Part shown: piece by piece, positions 8,069-16,286 of the stretch
Layout of the letters: every line of letters starts with the position of its first letter
Position numbering within the stretch: position 1 is the stretch's first letter
Notes under the pieces: model-generated
Seen by the model: the letters and a program-made list of their open reading frames with translations, nothing else
Told to the model about the DNA's origin: nothing
Database searches by the model: none
Translations under genes and position numbers: made by a program
Assembly: GCA_031367385.1 (NCBI GenBank)
Contig: JANLPS010000276.1
Coordinates: 1 to 20,730 of the forward strand
Direction of reading: 5' to 3'
DNA from: Archangium sp.
GTDB taxonomy: Bacteria; Myxococcota; Myxococcia; Myxococcales; Myxococcaceae
DNA length: 20,730 nucleotides

Positions 8069-9526
8069 ATGACTGCTTCGACTCTTCTTTCACCTCGCGT
8101 GGTGTTGGTGTGCGCGCTGATCAACGCTGGCGCCGCTCAGGCCGCTGACCCACCGGCGGGCCTCGAGGCTCGCCTCGCGCAGCTCTTCGCCAACCAAGGC
8201 CTCACCGCGAATGACGCTGCGAAACAGGCGGTCGCCTCGAGCCGCGACGTGATGGCCAAAGACGCCGCCCGCGATGGAGCCCAGGCCTCGCTCGACGCCG
8301 CCCGCTTCGCCTACATCCCCCGAGTGAATGCCGGGGTGGGGTACACCCGCCTCTCCGAAATCGACCCGCCCGCCCTGGGCCTCGGAGACAGCTGGCGCTT
8401 CGTCGTCACCACCGGCCCCGCCGGCCCCTTGGGAGACCGCCAGCTCTTCGCTGCGCCTGACTTCAAGTTCCCGGTCATTCTCGACAACGGTCTGGTTCGC
8501 GCGGGCTTGACGATCCCCATCTCCGATTACGTGTGGCGCAGCGCGCAGCAGGTCTCGGCGGCTGATCACCAGCGCGACTCCGCCACGTGGGACGCGCAGG
8601 CAGCCAGGCTCAAGACCGCCGCCGACGCGCGCATCGCGTACTACCAATGGGTGCGGGGGCGCGGGCAGAAGATCGTCGCTGATCAATCACTCGAGCAGTC
8701 GAGGGGTCGTTCAGAAGACATCGGGCACGCCTTCGAAGCCGGGTCGAGCTCGCGGGCCGACGTCTTGCGCGGTGAATCACTCGTCGAAGGGGCTCGGTTG
8801 CTCGTCGCCCGAGCCGACAATGCGGCTCAGCTCGCACAAGAGGGCCTCGCAATCGCCATGCATGCGCCCGCCGGCGCGTCGTTCGAGGTCGGCGAAGACA
8901 TCTTTCGCGAGCTGCCGCCCCTCGAGGCGACCGACGACTTCGAAGCCCTGGTGCAAGAGGCGGTCGGCCAGCGGGTCGAGCTGAAAGTGCTCGGAGAGTC
9001 GCTCGAAGCCCTCTCGGCGCAGAAGAAGGCGCTCTGGGCCAACGTGGTGCCGCGGCTCGACGGCACCGCCAACCTGCTCTACGCCAACCCCAACCCGCGC
9101 TTCATCCCCGGAGTGGCTGACTGGCGCTTCACTTGGGACGTGGGGGCCTCCATCTCCTGGTCTCCAACCGACGTGCCAGCGGCAGTGGCCCAGGTGAGCG
9201 TGGCGAATTCGAGGGTGCGCCAGGTCGAAGCGCAGAAGCTCGGGTTGCTCGATGCCCTGCGTCTCGAGGTGCGGCAGTCGTGGCTCGCCGTGCGTGAGAG
9301 CTCCGTGGCACTGTCATCGACCCAGAAGGCGCTGCTCTCAGCCGAAGAGGCCTATCGCGTTCGCCAAGACCTCTTTCGCAATGGGCGCGCCACCGTGGTC
9401 GAAGTGATTGATTCGGAGACCGAGCTGACCCGCGCCCGCCTCGAGGCGATCAACGCACGCATCGATGCACGCATCGCCCGGGTGAGACTCGAGCACGCAA
9501 CGGGGCGCGACGTGGCGACGCTCTAG
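8069..9526 (+). CDS. TolC-family outer membrane efflux protein
   Basis: Signal peptide (AGAAQA|A) and two OEP repeats (AFEAGSSSRADVLR; LFRNGRATVVEVIDSE...LEHATG); follows the adaptor and permease genes. Confidence 0.9.
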   Translation: MTASTLLSPRVVLVCALINAGAAQAADPPAGLEARLAQLFANQGLTANDAAKQAVASSRDVMAKDAARDGAQASLDAARFAYIPRVNAGVGYTRLSEIDPPALGLGDSWRFVVTTGPAGPLGDRQLFAAPDFKFPVILDNGLVRAGLTIPISDYVWRSAQQVSAADHQRDSATWDAQAARLKTAADARIAYYQWVRGRGQKIVADQSLEQSRGRSEDIGHAFEAGSSSRADVLRGESLVEGARLLVARADNAAQLAQEGLAIAMHAPAGASFEVGEDIFRELPPLEATDDFEALVQEAVGQRVELKVLGESLEALSAQKKALWANVVPRLDGTANLLYANPNPRFIPGVADWRFTWDVGASISWSPTDVPAAVAQVSVANSRVRQVEAQKLGLLDALRLEVRQSWLAVRESSVALSSTQKALLSAEEAYRVRQDLFRNGRATVVEVIDSETELTRARLEAINARIDARIARVRLEHATGRDVATL

Positions 9527-9532
9527 TCAGAG

Positions 9533-9561
9533 GTGACAATCGGCTCGCGCAACGCCAAGCT
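9533..9561 (+). promoter_or_regulatory. Putative sigma70 promoter for speD (GTGACA-N17-CAAGCT)
   Basis: -35 and -10-like hexamers with a 17-nt spacer in the tolC-speD gap. Confidence 0.3.
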
Positions 9562-9573
9562 GCGGCGCGCACC

Positions 9574-10239
9574 ATGACCACCACGCGTCTGCCCCTCGGT
9601 CAAAGCCTGGCCATCGACCTGCATCACTGCGAGCGCGCCCGCATCGCCGATGCCGACGTCGTCAAAGAGGTGATGATCAAGGCGGCGAAGCAGAGTGGGG
9701 CGACGGTGGTCGATTCGCACTTTCACCAGTTTTCACCCCAAGGCATCAGCGGCGTGGTGATCATCACAGAGTCGCACTTCGCGATTCACACCTGGCCCGA
9801 GCACGGGTTTGCCGCCGTCGACCTGTTCACCTGCGGCAGCTCGGTGAACCTTCAGCGGGCCGTCTCATTGATTAAAGAGGGTTTCGGCGCGAGCAACGCG
9901 ACGGTGACCCTGCATCTCGAGCGGGGGCCGATTGAATCAGCGCCGACTGATCAACAGACGTTGAGCATCAGCGTGCATGGCTGTCGCGCGCAGCCTCAAC
10001 CCGCGGCGCAACGCTTCTTGGCGGCGGTGCACGACCTGGCGAAGTCGAAAGCGACCGCTCAGTTCGCGCCTGGCGGTTTTGCCCTGCTCGATGAAAACCT
10101 GAGTGTTTCAGGGCGCATGGTGGGGGGCAGAGTCGACATCTCGGTCATGTGCCCGTCGAGCATCGCACCGCCGCAGCTGGCTTCGATGGCGATGACCGCG
10201 TTCGAAGGGTCGAGCTTTCGGTTTCGAACCGGCCACTGA
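9574..10239 (+). CDS. speD: S-adenosylmethionine decarboxylase proenzyme family (class 1) with a C-terminal extension
   Basis: HQFSPQGISGVVIITESHFAIHTWPEHGFAAVDLFTCG contains the E|SH self-cleavage site. About 95 extra C-terminal residues. Confidence 0.88.
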   Translation: MTTTRLPLGQSLAIDLHHCERARIADADVVKEVMIKAAKQSGATVVDSHFHQFSPQGISGVVIITESHFAIHTWPEHGFAAVDLFTCGSSVNLQRAVSLIKEGFGASNATVTLHLERGPIESAPTDQQTLSISVHGCRAQPQPAAQRFLAAVHDLAKSKATAQFAPGGFALLDENLSVSGRMVGGRVDISVMCPSSIAPPQLASMAMTAFEGSSFRFRTGH

Positions 10240-10247
10240 GGCGCGGG

Positions 10248-11060
10248 TTACTGCTCGAGGCAGTACAGCCGACCGGTCTGGGCGCACTCGTGCTCTAGAA
10301 ATTGCGTCCAGTGGCTGAGCATTGAGCTGTTTTCTCCAGCCAGCCCGGTGAACCCGCCACCCGTGCTCGTCCACCCCGAGCAATTCGCGGTGGTCCTCGG
10401 CTTCTTTTCCGGCCCGCCACCTGTTTCGGTTCCCGTCCACACGTAGACCTCTCCGCCGGCAGAGCGCACCATGCCGTTCTCATCACAGTTGATGAAGTCC
10501 AGCGGGCTCCCTTGAAGTGATGACCGGTTCGCGAACGCCTTGATGACCTTCTTCCTGACGTCACGGCAGGTCAGGTACCAGGGGCCGTCGCCCGTGATGC
10601 GACTGTAGGCGCTGATGTTGACGAGCACGGTACCGGTGGTCAGGTCTGAATCGAAGTTCGACAGCCACGCCTTGTAGGTGCCCGTTCGGCCCGCGCTCGT
10701 GGCCGCAGCCTGGCACTTCTCATCTGCGCCCGAAAGGCCACCCAGGTTCCCCGAATAGGCACCCGACGTCATGAAGATCGCTTTCGAACCGGGCGGAAAC
10801 GGCTCGTCGATGTACTCGCAAAGACCTTTGTTGCAACCCTTGCCATCGAGACACGCCGAGCACACCTGCCCAGAGGGAGCACACGCCGAGGCAGACTGAG
10901 TCGTCACGCATGTTCCGGTGTCGTCGCCGCTCGTGAACTGACAACACCCAGTGGCGCAGTTCGAGCTCGAGCAACGGGGAGCGGGAATGACGGCCATGCT
11001 GCCCGTGCTCCCGCAATGAGTCACTGCCACTGCCAGAACGAGAGACCAGAGCCGACGCAT
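10248..11060 (-). CDS. Cys-rich lipoprotein with a C-terminal DUF1554/endostatin-like domain
   Basis: Lipoprotein-like signal MRRLWSLVLAVAVTHC, a Cys-rich segment, then IFMTSGAYSGNLGGLSGADEKCQ...YKAWLS...VWTGT...NCSGWT...LYCLEQ. Confidence 0.8.
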   Translation of the reverse strand: MRRLWSLVLAVAVTHCGSTGSMAVIPAPRCSSSNCATGCCQFTSGDDTGTCVTTQSASACAPSGQVCSACLDGKGCNKGLCEYIDEPFPPGSKAIFMTSGAYSGNLGGLSGADEKCQAAATSAGRTGTYKAWLSNFDSDLTTGTVLVNISAYSRITGDGPWYLTCRDVRKKVIKAFANRSSLQGSPLDFINCDENGMVRSAGGEVYVWTGTETGGGPEKKPRTTANCSGWTSTGGGFTGLAGENSSMLSHWTQFLEHECAQTGRLYCLEQ

Positions 11061-11115
11061 TCGGCTCCCTTGCAAGTTACGGCAACCAGGTCAAGGCCGC
11101 CTGCAACAGCGCCGC

Positions 11116-11952
11116 TCAATAGTCGCTGCGCTCGAACCGCCACGCTGCAATCGACAACAACGCCGCCGCAAAAACGAAGGCCCCCAGAATGAGCCGCACA
11201 ATCACCTCGACCTGCATCGGCTGCCCCGCCGCAAAGTGCGCTGAAGCATTCGCCAGCAGCGCCAAGCGAGGGAAGGGCAACATCGCTGCCTTGAAGACCT
11301 CCCGGTTGATGCCCTGGCTCATGACGTCACCGACGTCTTCCCGGTAGCTCGACAACACCCCCAGAATCAGCGTCGCCACCCCGGTCGCCGCAGAGAGCGC
11401 CGCGCTCCGCACGAAGAACGCGCTGGTCAGCATCGCCGCGTACAACGCGCAAAACCCGCACCACCCAATCCCAGCGCCGACCAACAGCGACCCGCTCCAC
11501 GCCCCGGTCTTCACTCCGAGCAACACCGTCAGCCCGAGCGCCCCATACCCGACTGCCGCCGCGGCCAACACCACGACCCCGAGGTAGGTGCCGAACAGCA
11601 ACTGCCAGCGCGCCACCGGCAGCGACAGCAAATGCTCGATTCGCCCCGGGGCCAGCAGCTCTGGCGCAAAGTCGCTGCACGCCACCGCCAAGAAAAAGGC
11701 ACCGAAGTAAAAGCTCCCGTACGCCGTCGCCATCGAGACCGCGCCAAGCACCCGGTCGGCCATCACGATGTCGCGACTGAACACGGCCCCGAACAACTTC
11801 GACCCGGCAATCGCCCCGTCGACCACTTCAATCTGCAGCGACAACCCAAGCACCAGCAACACCCCGGTGATGGCCAAGAACAGCGCCAAGAACCACCTTC
11901 GCCGCAACGCTTCACGAAGCAAGTCGACGCTGACCCGCAGCAACTGACTCAT
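11116..11952 (-). CDS. ABC-2 type transporter permease
   Basis: LLREALRRR N-terminus, GRIEHLLSLPVARWQLLFG motif, about six TM segments, C-terminal FERSDY; overlaps the ATPase stop. Confidence 0.9.
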   Translation of the reverse strand: MSQLLRVSVDLLREALRRRWFLALFLAITGVLLVLGLSLQIEVVDGAIAGSKLFGAVFSRDIVMADRVLGAVSMATAYGSFYFGAFFLAVACSDFAPELLAPGRIEHLLSLPVARWQLLFGTYLGVVVLAAAAVGYGALGLTVLLGVKTGAWSGSLLVGAGIGWCGFCALYAAMLTSAFFVRSAALSAATGVATLILGVLSSYREDVGDVMSQGINREVFKAAMLPFPRLALLANASAHFAAGQPMQVEVIVRLILGAFVFAAALLSIAAWRFERSDY

Positions 11953-12860
11953 GACAGGGCCTCGGTCAGCACTTGCTCCAGGTCGCGCGTCGCCGCTGCC
12001 AGCTCGATGAGCAACGCACCGCCCACCCGCACCTTCTCGAGCGCCGCGTTGAGCGCGACGACGTCATCACCCGCGAAGTGCCAACTCGCGCCATCCCACG
12101 TGAAGCCCGCGCTGATCAGCACCGACTCATTGAACGACCCCGCGAACCGCACCCGCCACCGGTTCGCGGCCGCGCGCACTTCGTCGATGCCTCCCTCGAG
12201 CTTCAGCAGGCCCCGCTCGAGCACTCCGATTCGGTCACACACCCGCTCGGTCTCTGAGAGCAGGTGCGAGTTGAGCAAGATGGTCGCGCCGCGCTGTTTT
12301 TCTTCGACCAGCAGCGCCCGCACCTCAACCCGCCCCACCGGGTCGATGCCATCGGTCGGCTCGTCGAGAATCAGCAGCTCGGGCTTGCCGAGCATCGCCG
12401 CCGCCAACCCCAGCCGCTGCCGCATGCCCTTCGAATAACTTCCGATGCGCTGCACAGTGACGCCGAGCCCAACCCGCTCCAGCAGGCCCCGCGCCTCGAC
12501 CTCAGCGCCCTGCATTCGCTTCAAGGTCGCGACACTCTTCAAGAAATCGATGCCGGTCAGCGCCGTCGGCAAATGCATTCGCTCGGGCAGGTAGCCGATT
12601 CGGGCCCGAATCGAGACCTCTTCAGGGTCTCCTCCCAGCACCATCACCGTGCCTGAGGTCGGCCGCGCCACGTTGAGCAGCAGCTTGATGAACGTCGTCT
12701 TGCCCGCGCCGTTTGGGCCGATCAACCCGAAGGCCACACCGCGCTCGACCCGAAGGCTCAGCCCCCGCAGCGCTTCGTGCCCCGGGCCCCATGCCCCCCG
12801 GTATGTCTTCTTCAGGTTCTCAACGACGATCGCCGGAACAGAGCCTGGCATCGTGCCCAC
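11949..12860 (-). CDS. ABC transporter ATP-binding protein
   Basis: Walker A GPNGAGKT, signature YSKGMRQR, Walker B LLILDEP and H-loop LNSH. Start is GTG 12860 or ATG 12851. Confidence 0.96.
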   Translation of the reverse strand: MGTMPGSVPAIVVENLKKTYRGAWGPGHEALRGLSLRVERGVAFGLIGPNGAGKTTFIKLLLNVARPTSGTVMVLGGDPEEVSIRARIGYLPERMHLPTALTGIDFLKSVATLKRMQGAEVEARGLLERVGLGVTVQRIGSYSKGMRQRLGLAAAMLGKPELLILDEPTDGIDPVGRVEVRALLVEEKQRGATILLNSHLLSETERVCDRIGVLERGLLKLEGGIDEVRAAANRWRVRFAGSFNESVLISAGFTWDGASWHFAGDDVVALNAALEKVRVGGALLIELAAATRDLEQVLTEALS

Positions 12861-13523
12861 TCAGCTCTTCGGCCCCAGGCCGGCCTTTTTTCTCGCCTCG
12901 AGCAGCTTCGCCAGGTCACCCGGGTCGAGCGGCGCCACCGGCCCCAGGCCTCGGGCAATCGTCAGAATCTTCGCGACGTGCTCGACCAGCTCCATTCGCA
13001 GCAGCGCTTGCTCGAGGTCGACGCCCTGGGTGAAGACACCGTTGCCGTTGATCAGCAGCGCATCGTATTTCGCCGCCGCCGCCTCGACCGCCTTCACGCC
13101 CTCGACCGAACGAGGCATCGCTCTGGGCAGGGTCGGTATTCGGTCTCCCAGCGAAACCACCGCTTCGGGCATCGCCAGCGGGCCAATCTCAGCGCCCGTC
13201 AAACCCCACGCCGTCGCCGTCGGGGGGTGCGCGTGAATCACGCACTCGACCTCCGGCCGGGCCCGGTACATCGCCAGGTGCAGCTCGAGCTCGCTGAAGG
13301 CCTTGCGCCGCCCCTCGAGCACCGTGCCATTCAAGTCGACAATCAACAGCATCGACTCGTCGACGTTCAGCTTCGAGACCGCGGTCGGGGTGATCAGCAA
13401 CCGATCGCCAGTCAGCCGCACCGACACGTTGCCATCGTGATTCGCCACCCAGCCCATCTGCTGCAGCCGGCGCGAGGTCGCCACCAGCTCGGCCTTCACC
13501 TTCGGCAACGGAGCGCTCGGCAT
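12861..13523 (-). CDS. Class II aldolase/adducin family protein (microcompartment-associated)
   Basis: Motifs DGNVSVR, ITPT, FSELELH and VIHAHPP. The usual NHG motif reads NGNG here. Confidence 0.92.
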   Translation of the reverse strand: MPSAPLPKVKAELVATSRRLQQMGWVANHDGNVSVRLTGDRLLITPTAVSKLNVDESMLLIVDLNGTVLEGRRKAFSELELHLAMYRARPEVECVIHAHPPTATAWGLTGAEIGPLAMPEAVVSLGDRIPTLPRAMPRSVEGVKAVEAAAAKYDALLINGNGVFTQGVDLEQALLRMELVEHVAKILTIARGLGPVAPLDPGDLAKLLEARKKAGLGPKS

Positions 13524-13795
13524 CAGCCCACCGTCACGGCATCGACCACGCCGACGATCAAGCTGCGAATCGGCAGGGTCTTGTCACCCAGCACCGCCCG
13601 CACGCCGCCGCCTTCGTTCATCACCAGCACCAGGTCGCCCTTGCCCGCGCTCGAGCTGTGGTCAACCGCGAGGTAGCTCGCGCCGAACGGCTTCTTGGTC
13701 TCGTCGACCGGTTGCACCACCAGAATCTTTCGCCCCGCGAACGCCGGGTGCTTCTCGGTCGCCACCACGGTACCCAGCACTCGACACAGATTCAT
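13523..13795 (-). CDS. EutN/CcmL family microcompartment vertex (BMC-P) protein
   Basis: [16 protein letters not shown]...KILVVQP...AVD...AGKGDLVLV...IVGVVD. Confidence 0.93.
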   Translation of the reverse strand: MNLCRVLGTVVATEKHPAFAGRKILVVQPVDETKKPFGASYLAVDHSSSAGKGDLVLVMNEGGGVRAVLGDKTLPIRSLIVGVVDAVTVG

Positions 13796-14055
13796 GTGTC
13801 GACCTCATCGACGATGCCGACGATCGCGCTGTCGACCGGCACGAACCACGGGTCGCAAGCCAGCGCGGCTTCACGACTGCCCTCGAGCATCACCAGCGTG
13901 CCCGTGCTCGCCGAAACGCGATCAACCGCGACCTCGGCTGGGCCCACCGGCTTTTGCGCGTGGTCGAGCGGCTGCACCACCAACAGGCGCGCGCCCTCGA
14001 GACCTGCGGCTTTCTTCGAAGCGACGACCGTTCCAATGACGCGACCCAGGTACAT
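13792..14055 (-). CDS. EutN/CcmL family microcompartment vertex (BMC-P) protein
   Basis: [15 protein letters not shown]...LLVVQP...VAVDRV...GSREA...[11 protein letters not shown]. Confidence 0.93.
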   Translation of the reverse strand: MYLGRVIGTVVASKKAAGLEGARLLVVQPLDHAQKPVGPAEVAVDRVSASTGTLVMLEGSREAALACDPWFVPVDSAIVGIVDEVDT

Positions 14056-14096
14056 GAGGCGCCGACACTCGGAGATTCACCGGCCAAAATCAATGC

Positions 14097-15719
14097 TTAC
14101 AGCGCGACGCCGACTTTCAGCGGCACTTCGATGTCGGTGTCACCGTCTGAGCCGGGGAAAACGATGCGCTTGCCCGCGGTCATCATGCACACCGCCCAGT
14201 CAGCGCCCTCCCACTTTTTGGGAGTCACCCCGACCGATTTCACCGCGCCCGACGAGCCCACCGTGAGCACCACGACGATGTTACCCACCGCCAGGTTCGG
14301 CGTACGCCGAAGCGCCGCGTCGATGCACTGCTCGAACGACTTGCGCTTGTCGGCCACGATCTTCATCGCCGCCTCTGACGACAACCCACCGCCTTGCGCC
14401 ACCACCGGAGGCCGGTCATCGTCTCGGCCACCCTTCGGCACGTTCACCTTCTTCGTGTCGTTGCCATAGAAGTCGGCCAACCCCTTGTCGGGCGGCTTCG
14501 GCGTCGGCACCAGGTCGGGCTTTTCACTCGTCTTCACCGGAGCGACCGCAACCGCCTGGGCCTTGGCTGCCTTCTCTTTCGCCGCGAGGGCCGCCGCTGC
14601 CTTGCGCTTCTCAGCCTCGGCCGCCTTGCGCTTTTGGTCACCCGTGAGAATGTCTTTCAACCCGCCGATACCGCTGGGAGAAAAGAAATTCTCCTGCACG
14701 ACCTCGCCATCGGCGGTGGTCACGGTCACCGTCGGCAACACGTGCAGCGTCGAGAGCAAGTAGAGCGCGGTCGCAGGCGCCACGAAGACCGAAACCACGA
14801 AGAGCGCAATCTTCCACGGTGGGTTGCGGCGGTTGACGCCCGCTTGGGCCATGAAGAACTTCGTCGCTTCTCCAGGGGGCGGCGCGTCGTTCTCACCCGA
14901 GCCTCCCAACGCGGCGAACGGGTCGACGTCGCCTTTGGTCGGCTCCTCGTCGTCTTTGTCGGGCACCGACGCCGCTGCCCCCGCCTTGCCGTTGCCGTTG
15001 ACATGCCCCTCGGGGCCGTCATGCACGTCGTTGAAGAGGTCTTTGAGCGGCGCTTCGGCAACCACCGCGGCAGCCGGAGCTGCAGCCGCCACCGGTGCCG
15101 TCGAGGGCGTCGACGCAATGATTTGACTCACCGACGCAAAGTCGGCCGCGGGCATCTCATTGGCCACCGCCACGTCACGCTGCGGAGCCGAGGCCCTGGC
15201 GGCACGCTGGGTCTCCGGCGAGGCCTGCATCGGGCCGGTCGCGGTGGCGCTGGCCCCCGTACCCCCTGAAAAGACCGAGCTCACCTCGGGCACGTCGGCG
15301 GCTCGCTTCCAGCCCTCCATGCCCGGCTTCCACAGGTAGGTGCGGAGCGTGATTTCTCCGCCATTGACCTTCATGCCCAGGCCGCGGAGGTCGAGCGGGC
15401 CCTCTTGTTTGCCCTGAATCATCGCGAACCACTGGGTGGTGAGGTCGGGGGCGGGCATCGCCCGGGTCGCCTCGTCCTCCCAGGGGCTGCGCTGGGCCGC
15501 ACCCGCTTCGCCCGACATCGAGACCGCGCTGGGAGAAGCACTGGTCACCAGGGCCGCCGCGGCCGGCATCGCCGCCGACGAAGCCGATGAGGCCGTGCCT
15601 CCAGTGAGCTGAATGAGGTTCTGGCACTGCTTACAACGGATCTTGACCGACGCCTTACCGGCGATTTTCTCGTCGGCAATCACGTAACGCTTGCCGCATT
15701 TATTACAGGTAACGTTCAC
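14097..15719 (-). CDS. Zinc-ribbon / GYF_2 / TM / AgmX-PglI-like C-terminal domain protein (GltJ/AgmX-like)
   Basis: N-terminal CNKC...CKQC zinc ribbon, GYF_2 motif (WFAMIQGKQEGPL...TYLWKPGMEGWK), one TM helix, and a C-terminal TonB-C-like domain with a Cys pair (FEQC...AVCM). Confidence 0.85.
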   Translation of the reverse strand: MNVTCNKCGKRYVIADEKIAGKASVKIRCKQCQNLIQLTGGTASSASSAAMPAAAALVTSASPSAVSMSGEAGAAQRSPWEDEATRAMPAPDLTTQWFAMIQGKQEGPLDLRGLGMKVNGGEITLRTYLWKPGMEGWKRAADVPEVSSVFSGGTGASATATGPMQASPETQRAARASAPQRDVAVANEMPAADFASVSQIIASTPSTAPVAAAAPAAAVVAEAPLKDLFNDVHDGPEGHVNGNGKAGAAASVPDKDDEEPTKGDVDPFAALGGSGENDAPPPGEATKFFMAQAGVNRRNPPWKIALFVVSVFVAPATALYLLSTLHVLPTVTVTTADGEVVQENFFSPSGIGGLKDILTGDQKRKAAEAEKRKAAAALAAKEKAAKAQAVAVAPVKTSEKPDLVPTPKPPDKGLADFYGNDTKKVNVPKGGRDDDRPPVVAQGGGLSSEAAMKIVADKRKSFEQCIDAALRRTPNLAVGNIVVVLTVGSSGAVKSVGVTPKKWEGADWAVCMMTAGKRIVFPGSDGDTDIEVPLKVGVAL

Positions 15720-15778
15720 GGTGAGTCGCCGGCCCTTCAGTCAAAACTGTACCGGGCGGCATCGTACCTCGCCAGTCG

Positions 15779-15807
15779 TTGACTTGGAAACGTTGCAACG
15801 CTAGCAA
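15779..15807 (+). promoter_or_regulatory. Putative sigma70 promoter TTGACT-N17-TAGCAA with the palindrome CGTTGCAACG in its spacer
   Basis: Hexamers at 15779-15784 and 15802-15807; perfect 10-bp palindrome at 15791-15800. Confidence 0.4.
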
Positions 15808-15854
15808 CCCGCCGCCGCCGAAATATTTTTTTCACCGCTCACAAGGACACGTTC

Positions 15855-16127
15855 ATGCCAGCGAAGGACTTTGGCACCAAGTACCTGTGCTTCAAGTGCA
15901 ATACCAAGTTTTACGACTTGAAGAAGCCAGACCCGATTTGCCCGAAGTGCGGGGCCGATCAGCGTGACAGTGCCGCGAGCAAGCCCGCCAGTGAAGGCCG
16001 CCGGAGCCGGTTGTCGGCAGTGCCTAAAATCGTCGAACCGGTCGCTCCCGCAGCGGCTGAGAAAGACGGCGAAGAGCTCGAAATCGAAGACATCGATGAA
16101 GAAGACGAAGACGAAGACGAAGTGTAG
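15855..16127 (+). CDS. FYDLN acid domain / TIGR02300 family protein
   Basis: GTKYLCFKCNTKFYDLKKPDPICPKCG followed by an acidic tail; AAGGA Shine-Dalgarno upstream. Confidence 0.92.
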   Translation: MPAKDFGTKYLCFKCNTKFYDLKKPDPICPKCGADQRDSAASKPASEGRRSRLSAVPKIVEPVAPAAAEKDGEELEIEDIDEEDEDEDEV

Positions 16128-16274
16128 CTACCCCCGCGTCACAGGCTCCGCCAGCTCCCGAATCGCCACGCACACCTTCAGCCAGGCCGCCGAGGTCAGC
16201 GCCTGGGCGCCCCGTGGCTTTTTCGCAGCGGGAGTCGTTCGTTCGTGGCTCTGGGGGCGCGCTTTGACAGACAT
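16128..16274 (-). CDS. Putative 48-aa small protein, probably leaderless
   Basis: MSVKARPQSHERTTPAAKKPRGAQALTSAAWLKVCVAIRELAEPVTRG. The ATG lies about 2 nt after the predicted TSS of a sigma54 promoter, and its stop abuts the convergent FYDLN stop. Confidence 0.45.
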   Translation of the reverse strand: MSVKARPQSHERTTPAAKKPRGAQALTSAAWLKVCVAIRELAEPVTRG

Positions 16275-16286
16275 GCAGCGGCGTTG

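Noticed and set aside
9527..9573. speD as a functional member of the efflux operon
   Set aside because: It has a plausible promoter of its own in the gap, and only adjacency links it to the pump.
16093..16122. GAAGAC tandem repeats
   Set aside because: They simply encode the Glu/Asp tail of the FYDLN protein; not a CRISPR or independent repeat.
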